DNA of 32,000 nt from a bacterium. GTDB taxonomy: Bacteria > UBP7 > UBA6624 > JBBIMK01. Location of the stretch: positions 60,001-92,000 of the forward strand of contig JBBIMK010000004.1 of the NCBI GenBank assembly GCA_037444445.1, read 5' to 3'. Under the pieces are notes generated by a model. That model made no database searches. It was not told the origin of the DNA and saw only the letters and a program-made list of their open reading frames with translations. Within the stretch, counting starts at the first letter, position 1, and the number at the start of each line of letters is the position of its first letter. Made by a program: the position numbers and the translations under genes. Shown piece by piece: positions 16,943-24,632 of this stretch.

Positions 16943-19012
16943 ATGATGGCGAGTATTTTCAAAATTGTATTTCGTAGCGGTGCTTTCGTCGCTGCGGTTT
17001 TTTTCATTCACTCCACCACTCTACCCGGGCAGGAGGAGGTTCCCCTGATTTCGCGGAGAGTGTTCTTCGGGAATCCGGACAGGGCAAGCCCCCAATTAAG
17101 CCCGGATGGCACACAACTGGCATTTCTGGCTCCGGATGAGGGTGTGCTGAATGTCTGGGTAGGTTCTGTGGACGACCCGACCTCTGCGAAGCCGGTCACC
17201 CACGACCGTCTTCGTGGCATCAGGATATACTTCTGGGCTTACACCAACCGTCACATCATTTATTTGCAGGACAAGAACGGGGACGAGAACTGGCGGGTCT
17301 ATAGCGTGGATTTAAGGTCGGGGCAGGTGATGGACCTGACCCCTGTGGAGGGCGTGCAAGCCCGTATCCAGCAGGTCAGTGAGAAGTTTCCTGCGGAGAT
17401 TCTTATCGGGCTGAACGACAGGAATCCGCAATTCCACGACCTGTATCGGGTGAATATCCTCAGCGGTAGCAAAAGGCTGATTCAGGAAAACCCGGGTTTT
17501 CTTGACTTTCTCACCGATGACTACTATCGGGTTCGCTTTGCTTTCCGCCTGACGCCCGACGGAGGAAACGAGGTGCTGAAACCCACGGAAGAAGGGAAGT
17601 GGGAGCCTTTTATGACCATTTCTCAGGAAGATTTACTGACCACCCAACTTATCAGATTTGATAAGTCTAACCGGGTTCTGTATATGACAGACAGCCGGGG
17701 GCGCAACACCGCAGCGCTGGCTTCCATTGACCTCCGAACCGGAGAGGAGGAAATTATCGCTGAAGACCCCCGAGCGGACATCAGTGATGTGATTGCCCAC
17801 CCTGCGGAAAAGAATATGGAAGCGGTCGCCTTCACCTACGACCGGAAGGAGTGGAAGATTCTTGACCCTGCATTGAGGGAGGATTTCGCCTATCTCAGCA
17901 CCATCAGTAAAGACGATTTGAATATCACCAGTCAGTCGCTGGATGACCGGAAGTGGATTGTGACATTTACGGTGGACAACGGTCCCATTCGCTATTATGT
18001 GTATGACCGGGATTTGAAAGAGGCGAAGTTTTTGTTTACCAATCGCAAGGCGCTGGAAGGCTTGCCTCTGGCAAAAATGCATCCGGTGGTCATACGCTCC
18101 CGGGATAACCTGAACCTGGTGAGCTATTATACCCTGCCAGTGTGGAGCGATGCGGATGGCAACGGCAAGCCGGAAAAACGATTGCCCCTGGTTCTCACGG
18201 TTCACGGCGGCCCCTGGTGGCGCGACAACTGGGGCTATAATCCCTGGCATCAGTGGTTTTCTAACCGGGGCTATGCAGTGATGAGTGTAAACTTCCGCGG
18301 CTCCACTGGCTTCGGCAAGAAGTTTATCAACGCCGGCGACAAAGAGTGGGGCGGAAAGATGCACGATGACCTCATAGATGCGGTGAACTGGGCTGTTGAG
18401 CAGGGAATTGCTGACCCAAAGCATATCGCCATTATGGGTGGAAGTTACGGAGGCTACGCCACTCTCGTGGGTATGACCTTCACGCCGGATGATTTCGCCT
18501 GCGGGGTGGACATCGTGGGGCCCTCTAACCTTGTCACCTTTATGAACGCCATCCCCCCTTACTGGAAGCCTCTGTTAGACCTCTTCACATCCCGCGTGGG
18601 CGACCACCGAACAGAAGAAGGCAGGGCGTTTCTCCTCGCCCGCTCTCCTCTCACTTATGTGGACCGGATACAGAAGCCGCTGTTAATCGGACATGGTGCC
18701 AACGACCCGAGGGTGAAGCAGGCAGAGTCGGAGCAGATTGTAAAAGCCATGCAGGGGAAGAACATTCCCGTTACTTATGTTCTTTACCCGGACGAGGGGC
18801 ATGGATTTGCCCGCCCACAGAACAACCTGTCCTTTTATGCCATCACCGATGTATTTCTTGCAAAATGCCTGGGCGGGCGCTACGAGCCCATCGGCGATGA
18901 CCTCACAGGCTCCAGCCTCCTGGTCCCCGCTGGGGCTGACCTGATTCCCGGCTTGCCCCGGGCTCTGAAAGCCCTATCCGCACCCACGAAAATCCTGCCT
19001 GCACTCCCCTGA
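16943..19012 (+). CDS. S9-family serine peptidase (prolyl oligopeptidase / acylaminoacyl-peptidase type), secreted
   Basis: N-terminal beta-propeller region plus C-terminal alpha/beta hydrolase with GGSYGGY (nucleophile Ser), HGANDPRV (Asp) and EGHGF (His). Start set at ATG 16943: AGGAGG at 16933-16938, and the product begins with the signal-like MMASIFKIVFRSGAFVAAVFFIHS. The track start at 16853 is the alternative. Confidence 0.88.
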   Translation: MMASIFKIVFRSGAFVAAVFFIHSTTLPGQEEVPLISRRVFFGNPDRASPQLSPDGTQLAFLAPDEGVLNVWVGSVDDPTSAKPVTHDRLRGIRIYFWAYTNRHIIYLQDKNGDENWRVYSVDLRSGQVMDLTPVEGVQARIQQVSEKFPAEILIGLNDRNPQFHDLYRVNILSGSKRLIQENPGFLDFLTDDYYRVRFAFRLTPDGGNEVLKPTEEGKWEPFMTISQEDLLTTQLIRFDKSNRVLYMTDSRGRNTAALASIDLRTGEEEIIAEDPRADISDVIAHPAEKNMEAVAFTYDRKEWKILDPALREDFAYLSTISKDDLNITSQSLDDRKWIVTFTVDNGPIRYYVYDRDLKEAKFLFTNRKALEGLPLAKMHPVVIRSRDNLNLVSYYTLPVWSDADGNGKPEKRLPLVLTVHGGPWWRDNWGYNPWHQWFSNRGYAVMSVNFRGSTGFGKKFINAGDKEWGGKMHDDLIDAVNWAVEQGIADPKHIAIMGGSYGGYATLVGMTFTPDDFACGVDIVGPSNLVTFMNAIPPYWKPLLDLFTSRVGDHRTEEGRAFLLARSPLTYVDRIQKPLLIGHGANDPRVKQAESEQIVKAMQGKNIPVTYVLYPDEGHGFARPQNNLSFYAITDVFLAKCLGGRYEPIGDDLTGSSLLVPAGADLIPGLPRALKALSAPTKILPALP

Positions 19013-19207
19013 CTTCCCCGCTGGCTTGCAAATCTCTGCAAAATATACCTGCCCACTTTCGTGGTGCCAGCCCCGATGACGAACATCTGGGAAGAAAACT
19101 GGCTATTCTGGAAAAAAAAGCGGTATACAGAATAGTGATATATGTGAGTGGAAAAAAGAGCGCCGTAAAGCAGAAGAGGAAAAAGGCGGGTGCGTTCAGA
19201 AAAAAAG

Positions 19208-19213
19208 TATAAT
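19208..19213 (+). promoter_or_regulatory. Candidate -10 box (TATAAT) for the bioY leader
   Basis: A perfect TATAAT about 195 nt upstream of the bioY ATG. It would give a long 5' UTR containing the structured element at 19258-19340. Confidence 0.3.
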
Positions 19214-19257
19214 ATGGGCAAGCCGGTGAAGGAAAGACCACCACAGCGTATAACACA

Positions 19258-19340
19258 GCATAAAAGGTTCCCGCGGGAGATAGCCTGCGTCATCTCACGG
19301 GGTCACCCAAATTTCGGCTACGCCGAAACTTCTTTTATGC
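19258..19340 (+). promoter_or_regulatory. Structured leader element, copy L (closing stem + long hairpin + short hairpin + U-rich tract)
   Basis: A perfect 9-bp closing stem GCATAAAAG (19258-19266) / CTTTTATGC (19332-19340). Inside it is an imperfect hairpin at 19267-19308, then CCCAAA, then the perfect 7-bp hairpin TTTCGGC-TAC-GCCGAAA (19312-19328). A homologous layout occurs at 20480-20539. Confidence 0.5.
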
Positions 19341-19407
19341 CGGGAATGTTTAATGAAATTGTGGGCAGTGACTTGAAAACATCGAAAAATTAGAAAGGAG
19401 AAAAGCA

Positions 19408-20076
19408 ATGCAGAATATAGCAATAGCGGAAAAGTATTTTAGAGCAAGATATTTATTTTTCAAATGGCGTTACAGTTTAGCTCTTGTAAATAAGATTGCT
19501 TTAGCATTAGGGATGGCCTGTGTGACTGGACTTTTTGCCCAAATAAAAGTCTCTCTTCCCTGGACTCCGACACCAATCACCGGTCAGACTTTTGCTGTAT
19601 TATTGGCTGGAGTCCTTCTTGGGAGATGGTGGGGAGGAATAAGCCAGGCAATATATGTAGTATTAGGTGTGGTTGGTGTTCCCTGGTTTGCAGGCTTAAG
19701 AGGGGGTTATGGCGTTCTCATTGGTCCCAGCGGAGGATATATAATTGGTTTTATCTTAGCTGCCTTGTTCATTGGCCATTTCACTGACAAATATATTAGA
19801 GCAAGGAGTTTTCTTTGCATGTTTACCTTTATGCTATTTGCCAATTTTGTCCTGATACACATACCGGGGTTAATACAGTTAGGAGTATGGTTTTACATAG
19901 CCAAAGGCACTGGATTAACTCTTTGGAAGCTGCTCTGGATGGGAACTATTCCATTCGTTATCGGGGACATAACTAAAATTGTGGGTGCGGCAGCATTGGC
20001 GAAAGCCATTACTCCCAAGGAAGCCTACAATGGTGAAGTGGATGCCGAGAGGGCAAAGAAATGGCGAATATTTTGA
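19408..20076 (+). CDS. bioY: Biotin transporter BioY (ECF S-component family)
   Basis: 222 aa and multi-TM, with PITGQTFAVLLAGVLLG and GPSGGYIIGFILAA, typical of BioY. SD AAAGGAG upstream. Confidence 0.88.
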   Translation: MQNIAIAEKYFRARYLFFKWRYSLALVNKIALALGMACVTGLFAQIKVSLPWTPTPITGQTFAVLLAGVLLGRWWGGISQAIYVVLGVVGVPWFAGLRGGYGVLIGPSGGYIIGFILAALFIGHFTDKYIRARSFLCMFTFMLFANFVLIHIPGLIQLGVWFYIAKGTGLTLWKLLWMGTIPFVIGDITKIVGAAALAKAITPKEAYNGEVDAERAKKWRIF

Positions 20077-20477
20077 AAATTCGTGCTCACCACCTCTTAT
20101 GCATACAAGGTTTTCAAGGATACGGTTATAGTGAAGATTTTGTAAAGAATATGATTGAAATTATTAAGAATATAGATTCAAATCCTGAATCAGAAATAAT
20201 TACTGAATGTGACATTATCTGTTCTTATTGCTCTCACAATGTAGAAGGAGTATGTCAAAAAAAGCCCGATTCTGCTCAAAAGGTTAAAAATATGGATATG
20301 CGAATTTTGAGAAAATTACAATTAAAAGATGGGATAAGAGGCAGAGTCAAAGATTTTCTTTCCCTTGCAAATACAAAGTTCAGAAATATTTCTGCCGTTC
20401 AAGATATATGTGGCGATTGTGATTGGAAAGAGAAATGCCTTTGGTTTATTTCACGAGTTGCCCACAACGGCAGATAA
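20061..20477 (+). CDS. DUF1284-family Cys-rich (putative Fe-S/metal-binding) protein
   Basis: An IRAHHLLCIQGFQGYGYS N-terminus plus a CSYCSHN...C...CGDC..KEKC cysteine pattern. Overlaps the bioY end by 16 nt. Confidence 0.7.
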   Translation: MANILKIRAHHLLCIQGFQGYGYSEDFVKNMIEIIKNIDSNPESEIITECDIICSYCSHNVEGVCQKKPDSAQKVKNMDMRILRKLQLKDGIRGRVKDFLSLANTKFRNISAVQDICGDCDWKEKCLWFISRVAHNGR

Positions 20478-20479
20478 CA

Positions 20480-20539
20480 GCGGATAAAAGGGAAATCAAA
20501 GATTTCCCCAAATTGCCTTCGGCAACTTCTTTTATCCGC
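20480..20539 (+). promoter_or_regulatory. Structured element, copy M (three-way-junction-like)
   Basis: A perfect 11-bp closing stem GCGGATAAAAG (20480-20490) / CTTTTATCCGC (20529-20539). It encloses GGAAATC-AAA-GATTTCC (20491-20507), CCAAA, and TTGCC-TTC-GGCAA (20513-20525), then CTT. Confidence 0.5.
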
Positions 20540-20590
20540 AAGCCGTTATGTGAAATCGGGCTATGGATATAAAATAGGATAATAGATAGA

Positions 20591-21949
20591 ATGAGGAAAA
20601 GATTAGAAGAAACAATTGTTATTTTTATTAGTACCCTTGAATGGAGTGTTTTAGCTGCAATCATCGGGATGGCAGTTGGATTATCAACAACCGTATTTTT
20701 GAAAATACTCAATTGGACTACATTTCTCACTCATCAATATTCTTATTATTATCTTTTCCTACCTGTTGCATTCTTTTTAAGTGCTTTATGTGTTCAATAT
20801 TTAGCACCTGATGCAGAAGGTCATGGAACAGAAAAGGTTATTGAAGCAATCCATAGATATTCTGGTAAGATAAAAGCAGTAGTTATTCCTGTGAAACTTG
20901 TTGCGTCTGTAATCACAATAGCCTTTGGTGGTTCAGCAGGGAAGGAAGGTCCTTGTGCTCAAATAGGTGGAGGAGTGTCATCTGTTTTTTGTGATATATT
21001 TAGATTTGATGATATTGATAGAAAAAAGTTGGTAATATGCGGTATTAGTGCAGGATTTGCTTCTGTATTTGGCACACCAGTAGCCGGTGCTATTTTTGGT
21101 GTTGAAGTTCTTTTTATTGGAAGTATCTTATATGATGTTCTTTTACCTTCATTTATTGCGGGAATTGTAAGTTATCATATCTCTTCGGCACTCAGAATTA
21201 CCTATTTTTATCATCCATTAAAATTTGTTCCTGTGTTTAGTGAATATCTTTTAATAAAAGTGATTATTGGAGGAATTTTTTGGGGCCTTGTTTCGTTTCT
21301 TCTGATTGAGACAATGAGATTTTTCCAAAATCAATCTTCTAAAATAGAATTATGGAAGCCATTGAAGGGTTTAATTGGCAGTTTGCTTCTTGTTGTTTTG
21401 ACTTTTATCTTCTCAACACAATTTCTCGGGCTTGGTTTGGAAACGATCCAGTCAACATTAGAAGGAACAAAAGTTATCTGGTATGCCTTTATTCTAAAAA
21501 TTATTTATACTGCTATTACCCTGAACTTTGGTGGTAGTGGTGGGGTAATAACACCTATATTTTTCATTGGAGCAACTTCTGGCTCACGATTTGCAGATTT
21601 ATTCGGGCTGGATAAAGCAACATTTTCTGCCATTGGTTTAGTGAGCGTTTTAGCAGGTGCAACCAATACTCCTATTGCGTCAAGTATAATGGCAATAGAG
21701 CTTTTTGGAGCAGGTATTGCTCCTTATGCTGCTTTGTCTTGTATCATTAGTTTTCTTATAACAGGACACAGAAGTATCTATCCTTCTCAGATACTCGTGA
21801 TTAAAAAATCTCCATCTATACAAATAGAGATTGGCAAAGAAATAGAGGAAATAACGCCAACGGTTCAACCAGGGAGAAAAAGCCTCACAAATGCGATTTT
21901 AAGAATTAGTAGAAAAATGAAAGAAAAGATTATTAAAGTGAAAAGATAA
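20591..21949 (+). CDS. ClC-family chloride channel/transporter (no CBS domains)
   Basis: 452 aa and polytopic, with GHGTEK, GSAGKEGPCAQIGGG (gating Glu present) and GGVITPIFFIGA selectivity-filter-like motifs. Confidence 0.85.
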   Translation: MRKRLEETIVIFISTLEWSVLAAIIGMAVGLSTTVFLKILNWTTFLTHQYSYYYLFLPVAFFLSALCVQYLAPDAEGHGTEKVIEAIHRYSGKIKAVVIPVKLVASVITIAFGGSAGKEGPCAQIGGGVSSVFCDIFRFDDIDRKKLVICGISAGFASVFGTPVAGAIFGVEVLFIGSILYDVLLPSFIAGIVSYHISSALRITYFYHPLKFVPVFSEYLLIKVIIGGIFWGLVSFLLIETMRFFQNQSSKIELWKPLKGLIGSLLLVVLTFIFSTQFLGLGLETIQSTLEGTKVIWYAFILKIIYTAITLNFGGSGGVITPIFFIGATSGSRFADLFGLDKATFSAIGLVSVLAGATNTPIASSIMAIELFGAGIAPYAALSCIISFLITGHRSIYPSQILVIKKSPSIQIEIGKEIEEITPTVQPGRKSLTNAILRISRKMKEKIIKVKR

Positions 21950-21960
21950 TGGCACGACTT

Positions 21961-22011
21961 CGCCTAACACAGGGTAAGAGGTTCCTCCATCGGGGTCACC
22001 CAGATTCCGCC
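21961..22011 (+). repeat. Partial copy R of the element (similar to the 5' half of copy L)
   Basis: CGCCTAACACAGGGTAAGAGGTTCC matches L 19247-19271 at 20/25 positions. CATCGGGGTCACCCAGATTCCG matches L 19297-19317 at 18/21 positions over the shared 21-nt core. L carries about 22 extra nt between the two blocks. Confidence 0.55.
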
Positions 22012-22120
22012 CCCTGGCTTCAGAAAAGGAAAGGGGGTGAATAAAACTGAAGAGGTGAGGTGAAATGAGAAAGAAAACCCCTGAATTAAGGCTGTTTATT
22101 TATGACGGAGGTGAGAAGGG

Positions 22121-22780
22121 ATGAATCCGGAGATTGTAAAGTTACGGGAGCAATTTCGTGAAGTTGGCGACCTCTCTCTGGAGATGGTGCGGCTGGCAAG
22201 TTCGGCTTATTTCATGGGCGATTACAGGCTTGCCCTTCAGGTTCTGGACCTGGAAAGGAAACTGAATCAAAAAGAGGTGGAACTGGAGCAAAATTGTCAA
22301 ATGGTTCTGACCCTTCATCCGATGGATGCTACCTCCATCCGCTGGATACTCTCCATTTTGCGCTCCTCTGTAAACCTGGAGCGGGTGGGCGACCATTGTT
22401 TCAAGTTAGCGAAGCGAGGGCAGGAACGCGGCAAGCCTTTGAATCATCCACAGGAGCCCACCCTCCGGGAACTCTCACAAGTGGCTTCCGGGATGTGGAT
22501 AGATGTTCTGCAAGCCTTCTATGATACCCATGGGGTTGCCGCCCAGACTATCCTGACGACTGACAGGTCTGCAAACCGCCTGAAAAAGGAGATTGTGGAA
22601 GGAATTCAAGCCTCCTGGGAAGCGGGAAAAACTTCTCCTTCCGATTACGAGGTACTGGTAACTGCCTCCGATTTAGAGCGCATTGCAGACCACGCCTGTA
22701 ACATTTCGGAAGAGATTATCGTTCTCATTTCGGGAGCGGCGGACCGGCGACAGGTCAGACGGGAGCGAGAAAAGTTGTAA
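22121..22780 (+). CDS. PhoU-family protein (two PhoU repeats)
   Basis: LERVGDHCFKLAK in the first half and LERIADHACNISEEI in the second, the classic duplicated PhoU motif. No pst genes are nearby. Confidence 0.8.
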   Translation: MNPEIVKLREQFREVGDLSLEMVRLASSAYFMGDYRLALQVLDLERKLNQKEVELEQNCQMVLTLHPMDATSIRWILSILRSSVNLERVGDHCFKLAKRGQERGKPLNHPQEPTLRELSQVASGMWIDVLQAFYDTHGVAAQTILTTDRSANRLKKEIVEGIQASWEAGKTSPSDYEVLVTASDLERIADHACNISEEIIVLISGAADRRQVRREREKL

Positions 22781-22869
22781 GTGTTCTTTTTCCTCTCGCT
22801 GGATGCAGTGGGAAGGCTATCCGCTGTCCTGATGTCAAAATTGAAGAAGGTGTGATATAGTTTTCAGGT

Positions 22870-24057
22870 ATGAAAGGTGAGAAAAGGGCATATTCTGGAT
22901 TTTTAATTTTGTTTTCAGGATTCCTGCTTCCCGTGTTCCAGCGCTGGGGTCGGCAAGCCTCCTTCCCGAAGGATTTTCCGGATATGGGCATCACTCTGAT
23001 AGACCAGTGGGTGGGGGATGTGGACTGGTTAAAAGATGGCTCGTGGATTGCTTATACGAAGCGGAACCCTCAGAACTGGTATATGGATGTGTGGAAGATT
23101 CGCCCCGATGGGTCGTCTGCACAGTGCCTGACCTGTGGCGAGAAGGCGCCGAAGAAGCATGCGGGAAGCGTCACCTGGCATCCCTCGGGCAAATATATCG
23201 TCTTTACAGCGGAAAATGAGGATGTGCAGACGAAGAAGGCAGATGAACTGGCTTCCCCGGGCGTGGGGTTGAATACCAATCTCTGGGCTATGTCCTCTGA
23301 CGGAAAGCAGTTCTGGAAACTCACGGATTATAAAACGGATTATGTGAATCCGAAAGGCGCCATTCACCCTCAGTTCTCCAGGGATGGAAAACGCCTCTTC
23401 TGGGCAGGACCCACCGGAAATTATCACATCAAGAAAGGTTATGAATGGGGTGAGTGGGCTCTCTTCGTGGCTGAGTTCTCTTTAGAAGGTGGAAGACCAC
23501 ACATAGAATATATCCGCAAGTTCCAGCCCGGTGTTCAGCACAGTTTCTATGAATCCCACGACTGGTCACCGGATGATAAAAAGGTGCTGTTCACGGGAAA
23601 CCTTCAGCCAGGGCAATCGGTTAATGAACTGGATATTTACGAATATGACCCTGTGAGCCAGGAGTTGAAGAACCTGACGAACACAGATAAGGACTGGGAC
23701 GAGCACGCCCACTATTCTCCCGACGGCTCTAAAATCCTCTGGATGTCGGGTGCAGGCTTGAATGTGAAATTCCGCAATGTGTATGGCTTGAACTGGGTGA
23801 AGGATGTGAAAACGGAGTTGTGGATGATGAATCACGATGGCACAGCCGCGCGACGGCTCACCTATTTTAATCAAAGGGGGCATCCCGATTGGGCGTGGTT
23901 CCAGAAGAATCTCTTTCCCACTTCACGAGTCGTTGTTTCTGACAGTTCCTTCAGCCCGGATGGAACGAAAGCCGTCGTCTGTTTCGCTTATGAATCCCGG
24001 TGGGGAATGATTAGCTCCTTTCTGGCCATTATAGACCTGCAAAAGAGGGGCTTTTAA
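22870..24057 (+). CDS. PD40/TolB-like beta-propeller repeat protein, probably exported
   Basis: Hydrophobic N-terminus (GFLILFSGFLLPVF). Repeated DGS.IAY / HPSGKYIVF / SSDGKQFWKLT / SRDGKRLFW / SPDGSKILW / SPDGTKAVV strands are typical of WD40-like PD40 blades. Confidence 0.6.
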   Translation: MKGEKRAYSGFLILFSGFLLPVFQRWGRQASFPKDFPDMGITLIDQWVGDVDWLKDGSWIAYTKRNPQNWYMDVWKIRPDGSSAQCLTCGEKAPKKHAGSVTWHPSGKYIVFTAENEDVQTKKADELASPGVGLNTNLWAMSSDGKQFWKLTDYKTDYVNPKGAIHPQFSRDGKRLFWAGPTGNYHIKKGYEWGEWALFVAEFSLEGGRPHIEYIRKFQPGVQHSFYESHDWSPDDKKVLFTGNLQPGQSVNELDIYEYDPVSQELKNLTNTDKDWDEHAHYSPDGSKILWMSGAGLNVKFRNVYGLNWVKDVKTELWMMNHDGTAARRLTYFNQRGHPDWAWFQKNLFPTSRVVVSDSSFSPDGTKAVVCFAYESRWGMISSFLAIIDLQKRGF

Positions 24058-24207
24058 TGATGCACGGGGGATGCGGTCTTCCACATCCGAAAAAAGAGCG
24101 GAGGACGGGTAGCCCTTTCCTACCTGAAATATACGCAGAACGCCGACGACCCTGTGATATACTCCAACAGTGGAGTGAAGGAATAAAATTTAGAAGAAAG
24201 GAGGGAA

Positions 24208-24501
24208 ATGCAAATGGCAACTTATGTGATGCTCAGCAGGTTTTCACCGGAAGCCTTCCGGGAGCCGAAAGATTTTAAGAAGTTAGCAGAGGAGGTATCG
24301 GATAGGATTAAGAAGGAATGTCCGGGTGTGAAATGGAAAGCGAGTTACGCCACTCTCGGGCGGTTTGATGTGGTGGATGTGGTGGAGTCCGATGACCCGA
24401 AGCAGGTGGGGAAAGCGGCGATGATTATCCACGCCTACGGGCATTCCACCACGGAAACCCTGCTGGCAACCCCCTGGGACGAGTTCCTCGCAACCCTGTA
24501 A
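24208..24501 (+). CDS. GYD-domain protein
   Basis: 97 aa. ATYVMLSRFSPEAF..., LGRFDVVDVVESDD and AYGHSTTETL resemble the GYD family. SD AAGGAGGG upstream. Confidence 0.65.
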   Translation: MQMATYVMLSRFSPEAFREPKDFKKLAEEVSDRIKKECPGVKWKASYATLGRFDVVDVVESDDPKQVGKAAMIIHAYGHSTTETLLATPWDEFLATL

Positions 24502-24591
24502 TTGCCGACCCCACTGAGCAAAGCAAAGAATCTCCCGCTGCGGTAGTGAACTGAACGGATTTCTATCCGACAGATGACCTTTCCGTTGGGA

Positions 24592-24600
24592 TGGTATGAT
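24592..24600 (+). promoter_or_regulatory. Candidate extended -10 (TGgTATGAT) upstream of asnA
   Basis: TGGTATGAT lies 33 nt upstream of ATG 24633. The -35 is weak. Confidence 0.3.
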
Positions 24601-24632
24601 ATACTTAAAATGATGCAAAGGGGTGAGGTAGT

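Noticed and set aside
17633-18424. 263-aa minus-strand ORF inside the S9 peptidase gene
   Set aside because: It is antisense to a strongly supported CDS, has no recognisable motifs, and shows the composition typical of a shadow ORF in a GC-balanced gene.
18880-19293. Minus-strand ORFs 18880..19293 and 18903..19256 in the long peptidase-bioY spacer
   Set aside because: They overlap the peptidase 3' end antisense and have odd Phe/Pro/Cys-rich composition with no SD. They are most likely non-coding.
19345-19384. BirA-type operator upstream of bioY (ATGTTT-N25-AAACAT inverted repeat)
   Set aside because: It has only 6-bp arms with a 25-nt spacer, unlike known TGTAAACC/GGTTTACA-type BirA sites. 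Such a match is easily produced by chance in AT-rich DNA.
20480-20590. Fluoride (crcB-motif) riboswitch upstream of the ClC gene
   Set aside because: The element does not resemble the crcB-motif consensus as I recall it. The channel also has the GKEGP chloride-type filter rather than the CLC-F variants.
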